A stretch of DNA of 64,000 nucleotides from NCBI RefSeq assembly GCF_009914755.1, contig NC_060944.1; one strand, 5' to 3'. The position numbers and the translations under genes were made by a program. Positions 43,901 through 58,142 of the stretch are shown here, one piece after another. The notes beneath the pieces are model-generated. The model had not been told where the DNA came from and did not search any database. It saw only the letters and a list, made by a program, of their open reading frames with translations. How positions within the stretch are numbered: the first letter of the stretch is position 1; every line of letters begins with the position of its first letter. Source of the DNA: the human T2T-CHM13v2.0 reference genome, Homo sapiens.

Positions 43901-46900
43901 AAATGTTCACTGAAAGATTTGAACCTCCTCCTAATAGGTGCTGATTAACCAGCAAACAAATGACATGCACAGAATCTGACACGAGGAACTTACAGCATGA
44001 GAGAAGGGAACCCGATATGGATTGTCTGAAAATGATGCAGAAATCTTATGCAAACGATAAAATAAAGCCAAACAAAATACACAGGCATCTTTTCTAGTAA
44101 ACCATTTTAATGTAAAAAGTACCTGCTTATTACTACAAAAAGGCCACTTTTTCCAAGTACATCTCGTATTTGATAATACAAAAAAGCCATTGTTTCCCTA
44201 ATGATTTTATTATGGTTTTCCTTAAAGGGTTAACTTGTAGCATCCATGCTGTATGGAAACGGAAGGCTGTATATTCTTTCTGGCATATGCTTTCCAATTA
44301 GTTGGATGTCTGATGAGCTGCATGTAATCTTAATAATGCTCAGATTTGATATAAGCCATTTTAGTAGATAATGGCTCTTTGAAGGTAAGTGAAAGGGATA
44401 ATAACTCTTGGCAATATGGTTGTTCAGGAAATTTCAATTTTTTCATAGGAAACTGAAAATACTTAGAGGATTAAAGTGACTACAACGCACAGATGAAATC
44501 CCCCATTTGGAAGCTGGCTTTTCTCACAGTTTCTCCATGTTGACTGTTTTAACAATCGCCCCACTTAGCTATGAAATCTTCATACTACAGAGTGTAACAT
44601 TGTTTAAAAGATACTTTAGCCTCATAAATCAAGTGCTGAGATAATGCATTATGTGTGATACTCTCCTAGGAGTACTCACAAGCACTCTGGTGAATACTAA
44701 CTCCTGGCCAAGTGTTTTTTTCAAATATTATTCTCCTTTACTTCTATGTCAGGATCCCAGGGCCCTGCCATCCCAGCCAATAACACCACAAACGGAGACA
44801 AGGATAAATGATGCAAAGACTGAACACGTGTGCTGTTTGCAGCACGGTAATTGCCACACTGCAGATTCTTAACCCTGCTTGGGCTCAACATTCAATGGAA
44901 CAGAGAATCACTTGTGATTTCCCAGAATTTCAGAATATTTTCATTTCTTACCTTGTGTAATACCAGTAGTTGTTTGTATCCAATGAGAAACATAAATCTC
45001 AGGACTTGTACCTGAAATAGAATCATGGATCCTTAGCTTGGGAGGATTTTAAAGATGATCTAAGAATGTGGTATGTAAATGTTAATGTCCATTATAAATT
45101 CATGTGGACCATATTTAATTACAGAGGCTTGACCTTCATGCTCAAAACTATTAAATATTTCCATGATGGGCACTGTTGTAGATTTGAAGAGACTAATTGC
45201 ATTTATTTTATAATTATCCTCCATGTTCTGGCTTATCTGTTTTTTCTTGAGTTAGGTCATTTTTTCAGTTGGTGTTTCCTTTGCATACTGGTTTCTTCAA
45301 CAGAGTATTTTGGCATATCAGGTAACACTTGCTAACAATGGTTTGATTGATCAATATCAGGAATTGAAGTAGGTACACTTAAAAATGTAAAAAAAATGTA
45401 CTCTGTACTCTGGGGTCATTACAAGGTCTCAGGCTCTGTAGAGAGGCAAGTGGGATGGAGGGGAGAGAGGTAGGGAGCCGGTGGGGAGCAAATTGGGCTT
45501 TCCCTTAGGGTGGATGGAGAGCTTGCCTTATGAGACATTGGGGAAGAGTCCTCTTGTCCTTCTCGTGACAGAACATTGTCTGAATTACTGCTTCTCTTCT
45601 TTCAGCCCCAGCATAACTTTGAAATTTCTACTGAAAAGATCCCCAATTTCATTCAGAAAGACCATCTTTCAGCTTTTTCCAGGGGACAAATGCCTTAGTC
45701 CTTAGCTACCTTGGGGACCAGACTGCCCCAGTGTCCTCCAAAGTCCCCACTGCTCCTTATCAAGTTCTGCTTTTGAAGCTTTAATATCAGCTTAAGATGA
45801 AATTCTGATGAGATCTTTCACTGTGTAAAAAAAAAAAAAGAATTCTGTCTAAGCCGGTGTTGTACTGTGAGTTCCTCATCACTTTTGGCTCTAAACTGCT
45901 TCGGACTTTCTGAACATCCTTCATTATCGCAGTTTTTCATTGCTGCCTTAAAATGTATTCCTTTTCTTTTCTTACGAGATTTTGGGAAGGAGGAGAGAGA
46001 AATGTGTATAATAGTTGCCTTAAATGTGAAACTGCCAACTGAACTTGATATACGATTGTCCCTTTACTCAGAATAATTTTTGATACAATAGGAATTCCCT
46101 ACTGCGGTCTGCAATTCGATAGCACTGGTGATTATATAGTTTGAATTAAATGCTAGCCCCTTCTGATACAATAGTCTACATCTACGAATTACTAAGCTTC
46201 AACTCAATTCCTAGGTGCTCCTCAACCCAGGCTAACTTATGTGCACTTTCAAGGTACCTGACCTTTCTATGTATTGTAGGAGTGAATTTGGGACGGGTGC
46301 CATACACTTAGAACTCACCCAGCAGTAGTTATCCAAACATCTGGTACAGAAAAGTCACATGTTAAATAGCTGTTAATGTCATAAAGACTCCAGTAAAAGG
46401 ATGAGATGGAAGAATTACAATATTTTGGCTTTGGCAAGGATGTCAGAAAAGTTTCATTCTGAATCTACCTTAATGTACCTTTAGTTTTACAGTGTCTATT
46501 GGCCTCTTTCATTGAGCAGAATAAAATTATCTGGTAAATTATGTATTAGAAAAGTCTCTCAAACTTCTGAAGTTCTTTTAACTCACATAGAAGAAGAAGC
46601 AGAATACAGTAAGAGAAACATACTATACAATATAATAATATAGATTATATAGATTTAGTAATATAGTATGCTGTAACTTACTATATTATACTATAATATA
46701 TAGTAATATGTAAATAGTATATTATAGCAATATAAAATAATATGATAATTTAGAAAATAATAATAGAAAAATAGTGTGGAAATGCCAAGTCTACATTAAA
46801 AAAATCTTGATATCTTAAAGCTAACTGTAATTGCTAATTTTAATCTTTTGAGCCTTAATTTGTAATATAGTATGTGAGTGTGTGTGCCTGTGTGTGTGTT

Positions 46901-46978
46901 TTTGTGTAGTGTGTGTGTGTATTTTCTTCCTTACTCTGAATCTTTAAATTATGGAAAGGAAGCCTACTTCTTCTTGTA

Positions 46979-47270
46979 CTTTTTTTTTTAGACACAGTCT
47001 CACTCTGTCACCCAGGCTGGAGTGCAGCTGCAGGATCTCAGATCACTATTACCCCGCCTCCCCAGTTGAGGAGATCCTCCCACCTCAGACTCCCTAGTAG
47101 TTAGGACTACAGGTGCACACCAGCTTGGCTAATTTTTTGTATTTTTAGTAGAGATACAGTTTCACCTTGTTGCCCAGGCTAGTCTTGAACTCCTGGGCTC
47201 AAGCAAGCAATCCATCTGCTTCAGCCTCCCAAAGTGCTGGGATTACAGGCGTGAGCCACCGCACCTGTCC
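46979..47270 (-). mobile_element. AluJ
   Basis: AACTCCTGGGCTCAAGC. TSD TGGAAAGGAAGCCT on both sides. Confidence 0.9.
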
Positions 47271-47910
47271 TGGAAAGGAAGCCTTTTTATATGAGTTGTT
47301 TTCTACACAGTAAGTACAGAACAACGTCTATGACCATGACTGTATAATATTTCTATTAATTCCTGTAACTTAAAACATGTAGTTTGTAACATGACGAGAC
47401 CAAGGAGTGCCACAAAAACATGAGATGCATGTGGTTAAATCCATTTCATGGTGCTAGTTCCTAGCCATTCACTTACAGGTGGGGGTGACCATTCTTTGGC
47501 ATTTGAATGACTCATTTTCTCTCCTTCAGTTGCACTTAGTTGGACATCAAGAACTTCTTGTACTTATGTTTCTTAGAACAACATTGTTCTTTTTATAATT
47601 TCTTTAATAGTGGCATGGAGCTCCCTCTGTAACCTAATGTTCTTTCTCTCAATGATTCTCCATCCCTTTGTCTTTGGAACTATAGCATTTTTGTCTTGGT
47701 AAAATAGAGGTGTGAGGGTTCGACAGTCACCAGCCTCATGCACAGTGCCATGAATGTCATTGTCATTCAGGAGACATGCTTTGACTTCTGGGCATTTATA
47801 AATCCATGCACTGCAATAACAGCCCATAAAAAGTGGCTGGCTAATTTCCAAAGAGTAAAAGGAAGCTCAGGTTAAAAAGGAAATATGGTTCATGTCCCAC
47901 CAGAGTCACC

Positions 47911-48048
47911 AAAAAAGAGAAAAAATAAAGAAGGAAGGAAAGAAGGAAGGAAGGAGGGAGGGAGGGAGAGAGAGGGAGACAAAGAGAAGAGAAGAGAAGA
48001 GAAGAGAAGAGAAGAGAAGAGAAAAGAAGAGAAAAGAAAAGAAGAGAG
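47911..48048. repeat. Polypurine repeat (GGAA/GGGA/(GAGAA)n)
   Basis: Compound purine tract. Confidence 0.95.
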
Positions 48049-51000
48049 ATGTGGTCTTTGCAATCTGGGGTCTGGATAGATGTAAATGCTGGCATTTGTA
48101 TCTACACCTCGTGATGCTGGATGAAGAGAATAATAGTACTAAACTCTCATCACTCTGGGTGACTGGTAAATTGTTTAGATGACTCCTAAATTGGTCTTGA
48201 GCTTTAGATGGAAACTGGCTTTCAGTGGAGTTTAACATGGGACTTCCAAAGATCTTGCAAATGAAGACTCCCTCATCTGGTAAGTTAATTAGGGAATTAA
48301 CCACCTTAATTTTAACCAATTAGTTTAGGAGGATAGAATAGACTTGTAATCAATGCGAGAAATGAGCTCTAAATGAATGACATGGTCAAAACAACTCTCA
48401 AAACAACACACAAACTTTCCACTTCCCATGTCAGTAACTCAAAAATGGCCTGCTCTGAAGTCTCTTTCTGGACTCCCTGCATCAAATGCAAGAGGTGGTT
48501 TGTGGTGACTCATAAAAGGATAACTACCTTATTGATAAATACAAGACCAGCCTCAGAAATTCATCATGATCTCAATCATTGTCATTATTCCAGCGTCTGA
48601 TAGTTAGTAGAGTGTAGGCTATGACTAACTGAAGACTGTAAGAACTTCTATCATCCAGGAAACTTGGGAAAGGTAAAAATAGTATCTAAATGCCAAATCT
48701 AAATGCTGAGATGGTAAAGTCTGAAACATTTGAGCACATACACAACATGGCCATGTAATAATAAATCTGAATATTATTCTGACTGAGAAGGTGCCAATGT
48801 AATTTTCTGGATTACTCTTGTTGGATGTATGAGTATTTTGGCTGTGTTTTATTAAATCTTTGAATACTTTAGATACTTCTGAAGGATTAGATGAGAAAGG
48901 TTTCATCATGCTCTATCAACAATTAAATATATTAATAAAAGTAAGAAAGTGCCATTTAGTAATCACAAAGTGTGTGTCATTCCAGCAAAGTGAACAGTGG
49001 CGAAAGGGAGTGTCATATGATTAAAAAAAAAAATGTGTGCCTTGCTGAGGCATAACATATCCCCAACTTGCAGGATTATCGCTAGAAAATGGTATGTCCC
49101 TAGACTTCTCACTTCTCCTCCTAATGCCAGCATGTTCTTTTTGGTGACTTCTTTGCAACATGCTATGAGACTAAAATAATTTAACATCTGACTTCAATGG
49201 ATATGAGACATTTGGAGTATTTTTTACCATTTTACTCATTCATAATAGAGATGGGAGAGATGAGGGCAACTAGAAAGTAAGTTCCCAGACATGAATAATA
49301 GGTTATTTATTGATTGTTTTTGTAGGTTATTTTTGATATTTTTGCTCTGTGGGCAAAATAGAAACCAACAAGGTCAGTGATTCACATCCTCTGCTGTCAG
49401 CTGCCACTTGGTCACTTTTGGCAGTATTCATATACATGTAGACACATCTCTTCAGCTCCTTCATGGCTTTCTATAGGGAAGTCCTTGATGTACTATCTCT
49501 CAGGCAATATTTAAAAGAAAAAAATAATAAAATCACAGACGATGTACCACTAGGGGCACATTGACTCCAAGAAAAAGCCACGTGAGTAAATTGGTATTCC
49601 CCTTCACTCTCTCCAGGTTCAATGGTGAGAACTGCACATTTAAATGAAAATGAGCATGTGCCTTCCTCTCCCTCCTGTTCTTAGACAACTAGATAACACT
49701 CCATGAAGGCCTGTCATTCAAGAGGACAGTCAGTTTGGAGATGCTACTTGCATTGTGATAGTGGCGTTTGCTCAAAAGCAGATAATGGGTCTGCTTTTGA
49801 GACAGCGGGGCTGTGGGTGGTCTATGTTCCCTCTGTTTTAAAATCTTATCACTGTCAGCCCGACTGAGATAAAGTTCACGCCCAGCTTTTTGAAGTTGTG
49901 AACAAGGAATCATTTGTTGGAAAGATTTCTGGAGTATTTTATGCGCATTGTCACTCAAAACCTGGTCCTACAACTCAAAAGGCTACATTAGACCAGGACA
50001 GAAAGAAATGACAGACACTTTTTTAGCTTCTTTCACTTAACTTTAAAGAAACTTTAAAAAAGTTATTTAAGTTTCAAGAGCTAACTTTTGATGACTTAGA
50101 AGGCTACACAAGTTAGTTCAAGGTCTCAGAGGTTTTATAGATGATCTGTGTAATTTCCTACTTAATTTGTAAACTCATGTGATTTTGAATGTATAGAAGC
50201 AAAATATTTCCAATTCCAATAGATTTATGGAAAGTTGAATGTGAATGTTTATACATGTATGCATATTTATATAAAGATTAAGACCAAGTACGTTTTCTAA
50301 AACAATTAATTCTGAAACATTACGTTTTGAATTGTAAAGCAACCTGAAAGTTATTCATGAATGTGTTCTGAAAGCTTTGTTGGATGTAAGGTGTTTGATA
50401 TGGTTTTATAATGGAGATGTTCAATGGATAATAAAAGAAATACAGATAAAGCCATCGAGAATCATTTCTGAAGAGTAGGTAATTTAACATTATAAGGTGA
50501 CAATTCTCCGAAATTTTTGGAATAATGAACAGAAGTGTAAAATTATCTTTAGGATTGGATGGTAAATTACGTATTGTCTATTGGGGCAAAATATATTTAT
50601 TAGCATTTGTGAGGAAAGTATGACTTGAAGAAAGTAAATAGAATTTAAATCTTTGTTTCTGGACAATACTTTACAATGTTTTCTTAGAAATTCTCAAGAA
50701 ACCTTGCCCACATGAGAAACTGAATGTCAGAATTTCCTCACATGCCACCAGTAGATTGCTCAAAATTCTACTAAGAAGACATTTGGGATTGTATTCTCAG
50801 GTCCAAATATAAATATTATAACAGATTATGTAGTGTCCCTGCTTAAAAGACTAAAGGCAACTCATATGGCTTGGTTCTTTGATAGGAAATTGGAAGCAAA
50901 CTATATAGTGAACATACATTTTGATTTTTTATATAGTATTCACATAAACCATAATTTCTACTTCTTTTGTTTAATTTCAGAAGAACTGGATATCCATTTT

Positions 51001-51410
51001 ATTTACATTAGTGGAGATATGTGAGGGAATTAATAAAGGACCCAAGAGTTTTGGGGAATTGCTGCAAAGTGCCAGACACTCTGGAAGCTCCTTTCCTATA
51101 TAAAATTTGTAATTTAATGTTTTCTATAATTATATGCAGTTTATAGATGAGAAAACTGTCCTTTAAGTGGTCTTTCCAAGTTCATATAACCTAATTAATA
51201 GCAATACTAAGATTCAAAGCTAAGACTAATCCTGGGCCTGCACACTTATACAAAATAACTCTGTAAGGTCCAAAACTTTTATATCAATTTTGCACTATTT
51301 CCTTAATGTAAGCATCTGTATATCTGCCAACCTTCTCAACATGTTATTAGCCACTTGACTTTGCATGAAGAGATAGGAGATCAGAAAAATAAATTTTTAG
51401 AGAGACGCTT

Positions 51411-51454
51411 GATACCCTTTTGGACATAGTAGATACCCTTTTGGACATAGTAGA
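51411..51454. repeat. Perfect 21-bp tandem duplication
   Basis: GATACCCTTTTGGACATAGTA x2. Confidence 0.95.
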
Positions 51455-52097
51455 AAATGCATCAATAGTAATATCTGTGATTATTATGGCTACTGTCATT
51501 TCAAGTAGAGGGTAAAGAGCAGGTTGGCTCAACTTCTTTACCCTATGTAGCTCTGGTGAACATCATTCCACAAAGTTTGTAGTAAAATGATGACTTAAGG
51601 TATCTTACTGCTAATAGGTTTTGAAGGAATAAAATTGTAAACTACATTTGAAATATGTGCTTTGGATAAGAAGAGGCCAAAAACTGAAGTTTTGCAGTTA
51701 TATGTAGAAATTTGAAATTGGATGTAGATTAATGTGTGAGTTATACAGCCGTCCAAAGCCAGCATAATCCTAGTTGAAAAATAAAATTAAATATACAGTA
51801 CTTGTATTAAATTGGTATTTTTCAAGAAACATCACTCCTAAAATCATTTAGACCTATCAGATATTTAAAATGCAGTGCTTAGCACTGAATTTTCTGTCTT
51901 TTCAGGGTTAGCTAGGTCAGAAGATTCTATGTGTTTTCTTATCACTTAAATCTATCCATAGTTGGCAAGAATTACTGCAGTTTCAATAAGTCATAATTGT
52001 CAAAACTTTGGGATAATAATTAAATTGGCATAATCAATTTATGTCACTTTGCGTGAGAGGTTTACAAAGCCTCTCAGCCTTCAAAGACGTTGCTTCC

Positions 52098-52461
52098 TGA
52101 TATGGTTTGGCTATGTCCCCACCAAATCTCATCTTGAGTTGTAGTTCCCATAATCCCAATGTGTTGTGGGAGGGACCCAGTGTGAGGTAATTGAATCAAG
52201 GACTCGGTTACCACCATGCTGTTCTCGTGGTAGTGAGTTCTCATGAGATCCAATGGTTTTATAAGGGACTTTTCCCCCTTTGCTTGGCACTTCTCTTGCC
52301 TGCCGCCACGTGTGATGTGCCTGTTTTGCCTTCTGCCATGATTGTAAGCTTCCTGAGGCCTCCCCAGCCATGTGCAACTGTGAGTCAATTAAACCTCTTT
52401 TCTTTATAAATTACCCAATCTCTGGTATGTCTTCATAGCAGCGTGAAAATGGACTAATACA
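52098..52461 (+). mobile_element. THE1 (MaLR) solo LTR
   Basis: TGATATGGTTTGGCT..CCCCACC.AAATCTCATCTTG through GGACTAATACA, 364 bp. Near-TSD CTTCC/GTTCC. Confidence 0.93.
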
Positions 52462-53114
52462 GTTCCCATTTCCATCCCAGGACAAGCAGTATAACAATGA
52501 CTATTGATGTGAATTCAGAGCCTGGTGCTGGAATGCCTGTGCTATTCAGGTAGATTCAGAGGCTGGTGCTAGAAGCCCTGTGCTGTTCAGGTGTGTGTCA
52601 CATCTGGTGTATACTTCCTGACCAAGGTTTACTTATCTGAATCTCAACAATACCAAAATGCTTCCCTTGGCACCCAGCCGCAATCTCGCATACAGATTCT
52701 CTTCTTGAGAACTGTTTATCATTGTCATCATGTAAACGTAGAAGGGCAAGGTCATGCATGGACAGTCAAGTGCTCTGAAACATACTTTGGAAATAATGTA
52801 ATTGTCACTTTACAGCCTTTTGACTAACTATAAAAACAAAATAAAACAAACCAAAAAATTGAATTAAAAACCACAGCTTTTAATTTTTTTTTCCCTTCTG
52901 TGTTCCTCCTTTTGTTTCTAAGTGTAATAAAGCAAAGAGTTAATGTGCAAGAAACAGCTCAAACAAAGTCACAGGTCTTTAAAATGTGGTTCTAGTTTCT
53001 CAAAGGTCAAGGCTGCCAGATTTATGCTACAGGTATTTTGGGCAGTTATTAGCTTTCTATTTATGAACCACCAGTGGGCCATGTCTGTAATTTGACATCC
53101 ATTATTTTCTTTTT

Positions 53115-53429
53115 TTTCTTTTTTCTTTTCTTTTTTTTTTTTTTTTTTTTGAAATGGAGTGTTGCTATGTCACCCAGGCTGGAGTGCAGTGGCGCGATCT
53201 CAGCTCACTGCAACCTCCGCCTCCGGGTTCAAGCGATTCTTCTGCCTCAGCCTCCCGAGTAGTTGGGATTACAGGCACATGCCACTATGCCCACCTAATT
53301 TTTGTATATTTAGTAGAGATGGGGTTTCACCATGTTGGCCAGGATGGTGTTGATCTCTTGACCTCATGATCCGTCCGCCTTGGCCTCCCAAAGTGCTGGG
53401 ATTATAGGTGTGAGCCACCTTGCCCGGCC
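53115..53429 (-). mobile_element. AluS (Sc-like)
   Basis: Complete dimer. 16-bp TSD CCATTATTTTCTTTTT (53099-53114, 53430-53445). Confidence 0.95.
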
Positions 53430-53491
53430 CCATTATTTTCTTTTTGAACATTTGAGAGCAAATTATTGCTAACACAACAGACACACATACA

Positions 53492-54073
53492 CAGTAAGTC
53501 TTCACTTAACATCCTTGACAGGTGTTTGCAAACTTCCACTTGTAGTAAAAGAAATTATAATGAAAACAATTTTACCACAGGCTAATTGATATAAACAAGA
53601 GTTAACTTCCTATGGCATATTTCTGGTCACAAAAACATTACCAAACATCTAAATGATGTCCCAAAACACTTCTAATATTAAACATTGAAATACATGTTAG
53701 CTGTATATACATGTAAGAAAGATTAATAAAAACAAGTAAAATAATTATTTACCTATATTTTGTAGTTCAGGGTCATGGGTGGCCAGAGCCTAAGGTAGAA
53801 AGCAGCCCCGAGCAGGATGCCATTCCATTGCAGCATTCACTCACACACCCATACTCACATAGACTGGGACCATTTAGACACACCAATTCACCTAATTTGC
53901 ACATCTTTGAGCTGTGGGAAGAAACCAGAGGAGCTGGAGCAAATCCACGAAGACACAGGGAGAGTGTGCAAATGCCACAGAGATAGTGGCCCCACCTGGA
54001 AATCATTTTTTTCACTCATCAATGTTATAACAAAATGACATTGAACAACATGATGTTATTCGAGGACATGCTA
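53492..54073 (+). mobile_element. MER6A-like Tc1/mariner (Tigger) non-autonomous element
   Basis: CAGTAAGTCTTCACTTAAC... and terminal GTTATTCGAGGACATGCT are degenerate inverted termini. Confidence 0.8.
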
Positions 54074-54109
54074 TCTTAGTGTGCATACACACACACACAC
54101 ACACACACT

Positions 54110-54432
54110 TGCACTATACATTTGTGATGTCTAATGCAGTAGCCATTAGCCACATGTGAATATTGAGCACTTGAAATACTATTAGTCTAACTTCCATGTG
54201 CTGTAAGTACATACCACATTTCCAAGATTTAGCATGAAAACATAATGTAAAATATTTCATTATAAATTTGCATATTGATTCCATGTTGAAATAATTGTAT
54301 TGTGTACAGACTGGGTTCAATATATTATTGAAATTATTTTTACTTTTTAAAAAAATTTTAATGACTACTAGAAAATGCAGATTTACATATGTAGTTCACC
54401 TTATGTTTCTACTAGACAACGTTGTTCTAGAG
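54110..54432. mobile_element. MER33/MER3-type hAT relic
   Basis: GTAGCCATTAGCCACATGTG..TATTGAGCACTTGAAAT. Confidence 0.8.
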
Positions 54433-55139
54433 AGTTTGCCACATGGCCAGGCAACCAATAAAGCATTTGGAAACACGTAGTTTTACAGGGTGGCAGAGCA
54501 CCTTCTCATCCACAAAGTCTGTGAGGCTCAAGATCTCTCAAGACCATGGATCCATAACTGGTTCTCTTGGATACATTTATAAATTTATGTCACATAACTG
54601 GTTCCTATGTCATGCCCCCTCTGCTCAATGCTCATCAACTCTATGTGAAGACCATTTTCCATTTTTCACAAGTTATGGACAGAGGGAGTGGCATTGTGGT
54701 TTCCTTCCTGCTCAACATAATGTCATTTAAAGGAATGTATGGGGAGATGAATTTCCTTGTGTCTTGTGACAACTGCCAATCTTTTATTTGAAAATTTAAA
54801 ACAGCCACACAAATCATGTCTGTTTTTATCCTAAGAAGAATATACCATTCTTATTTGAAATATGTTATGTGATGTGAAATCCTGTAGAAATACAAACCGG
54901 TAAACACCAAGAGAAAAGCTCCATGAGTGCAATTTGGTAACTTTTCTACTGTCAGTTGGTAAAATTGGCAGAATAGATTAGGTAGAAAAGAACCAAAGCA
55001 GTCCTCCTTAAACCATAAAACTTTGAATGCCCCTTCCACTCATCTGCTCATGTATGACATTTTATGTAATCAATAGTCAACTTTGTTAGTGAAATAAAAT
55101 ATATCCTGCATACATTGACTTATTTCCACCGCCAAGTTT

Positions 55140-55845
55140 CCTGTACAAGTTGCCACCTTTACTTGCCTATATCACTGTAAGAGCCTCCTCTTCTATTTCA
55201 CCACATGCTCCTTCAGCACATTCTGGAAAAGAAACCTGAGTGATTTTGTAATATTCTAAATCACATCATGTATTTCCCAAATAAAAACCTTCCAGTTCTT
55301 CACCATTGAACTTGAATCAAAGCCTTTACTTAAGCTGACAAGGCTGTGCAAAATCCTGCCCTTGCCTCTCTCCCTCACTTCACGTGGTGCCATTTCTCCT
55401 TTCTTACTAGGCATGAACCCACACTGGCATGCTTTTTATTCCCAGAATATACCCAGCACATTCCTGCCTTTAAGCCTTTGCACTTACTATTTTCTTCACC
55501 AGTCGTCTTTCCCCAGCCGTTCCCATGGCTCACAGCTTCTTATCATTTAGGTCTCAGCTTAAACGTTGCCTCCCAAGAGAGGCCTTCTATGACCACCCAT
55601 CCATAGCAGTCATCAAGTCACTTTCTGGCCCAACACTCTGTTCCTAATAGTGCATACTATTAAATGATTTTATCCTGTTGGTTTGTCATTTTTTTGTTTA
55701 CTGTCTATTCCTCACAACCCTTGCAAACTCCAACCCACTTGAAGGAACACCCCGAGTGTTCTGTCTTATTCTCTAGCACAGTGCCAGCAAATACAAGAGT
55801 GCCTGGGTCTATAACACGCCCCACGTAATTATCTGTGAATTAATA
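55140..55845 (+). mobile_element. L2 3' region
   Basis: CCTTTGCACTT...TCAGCTTAAACGTTGCCTCCCAAGAGAGGCCTTC.ATGACCACCC. Confidence 0.75.
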
Positions 55846-56332
55846 AAAACAGAAGTAGCAATTGTATTGATATAGTTTTGACTTGCTTTCACATCCACAA
55901 GTTTCTCTGAGTAGTTTGAAGACATCATGCTTCAACATCTTCCATCTCTTCATCACAACCTGGTGAGCTTTTTCTTAGAGGAGACCTCATGCCAAAAAAT
56001 TAAAAATGTGCAACGAATTTGTGCAGTGCCAAATGTCTAACTTGAGGAAGGGTGATGCACAGGTTAGAGGAGGATGAAGACTTTGGTTTAATCCGAACTT
56101 TCACTCTCCATTAGACATGCTCAGTATCTGTGTTTCTATAGTAACCCTGGCCCTATCTGCCTGGGACTTACAGTCTCTACAAATATGAGTCAAGATCACT
56201 AACAAGTTATGTTCTAGTCTTTTAGTCTGAGTTTAAATGATTGTGAGCTGGGCAAGCCTCCAACCTTCTTGGCTTGTCCCACAAACTTAACCAGCACCCC
56301 TGCCTCTGCTTGCTATTAAATGGCAAATTTTT

Positions 56333-56651
<319 letters not shown>

Positions 56652-58118
56652 CTAAACTCATAGCACCCAGGTGAATAAGCAATGAATTCATGTTTATTCC
56701 CTCTTCTACTCTGACCATGCATGTTTTCTAGTAAGTTCTGAATGCTTTTCTTGCCCACTCAATTCTAAGGGGGAAAAAATTGGAAATTAAGCAGGCAGGT
56801 TTGTCTTTGATCAAAGAAATGCTTCATTTGACATAAACACTTTAAGTGAAAGTATATTCAAAGTATATATATATATCTAAAATAAATAAATATATATTAT
56901 ATATATAACCACTTCTATTAGTCTACCCAATTAACAGTAAATGCATTTCATCATTTTGAAAGAATTTCCTTAGAATTTTGTTTTGTTTTGTTTTTTGCAG
57001 AAGAGGGACTTCTGTACTTTTAATGGCTGTCTTCTTTTGTACATTCAATGAATACAAATTTAGAGATGTAATGCTTGTGTCAGTCTCTTTGGGCACGTGG
57101 AAATAGAAAACAGAAAATAAACAAGTTGACAAAACTGTGCAATTCAATCAACTCTATTTGCATAGTCTTATTTGAACTTAGTTTTATATATACATATATA
57201 AAATATATAATGTAGTATTTTAATTTTAATTTTGAATTCTTGTTCTACTATTCATGAAAGTATCTTTATTCTATTTCTACAGGATCGTTTTCTCCACAAA
57301 TTAACAAATCTTCTTTCCAAACATGCCCTGCCTGTGGCATTTCAGTGAATTCACAAAGCAAACTTCTGATTTACAGAGAGTGGCTGCTCATAAAATCTTA
57401 AGTAAAAAGAAGTCTCATAAATACAAATGAGGCTGGTTTTTTTTTTCAGATTACTAAAAAGATAGCAAAGAGGAGAAGCATGTAGTTTTATCCAGATTCC
57501 TAGATGGAGACAGTGAATAAGTTTTCTAAGAAGAGGAACAAGATTTTTAGCTTCAGAATGTAACCCAAGTTTAGCAACATCACTTTTCTTAAAATGTAGG
57601 GAATGTTAAAAAAGTATCTTGTTCTAGGCAACATGTTGATTACGCATGAAGAAAACTGGCTTATTTATAGACCTTGAAATGTTTGGTACACCTGAGGAAT
57701 TCAACTACCTCTCAATTAAGATAAAACAAAGTTTACAAAAATAAAGATTTGACTGAGGGAAAAAGAGACATACTCTTAAACGTACCCGTCCTTTAACTGT
57801 CTTCTAAGGAATTTTTGTTTTGTTTAGGTTTTAATGTCCACCAACAGTGGAGTTGGCTTCCCGGCTGTGAATAGATTCATGGAAGATGAACAAAAACAAA
57901 TGAACAAATCAATGACAACAACAGCAACATCTGTGCATACTATAGAAGCAGATGTGTAATTATTTTGTACATTGGCTTAATACTGAGAAAGAGACTGAAT
58001 AATTATTGCACTTCTGGCAAGTCTATATATACTGTCTCCTGACGAAGGACCCTCCAGCAACTTCGGGCTGAAATGAAGCAGATTCACTCAATCCGCACAA
58101 ACTCTCAGAAAAGTGCAT

Positions 58119-58142
58119 CTGGAAAAAAAAAAAAAAAGTGAC
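58119..58142 (-). other. Candidate strong 3' splice acceptor (T15-CCAG) on the minus strand
   Basis: Minus strand reads GTCAC-T15-CCAG|ATGCAC. It lies outside any recognisable Alu or L1. Confidence 0.4.
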
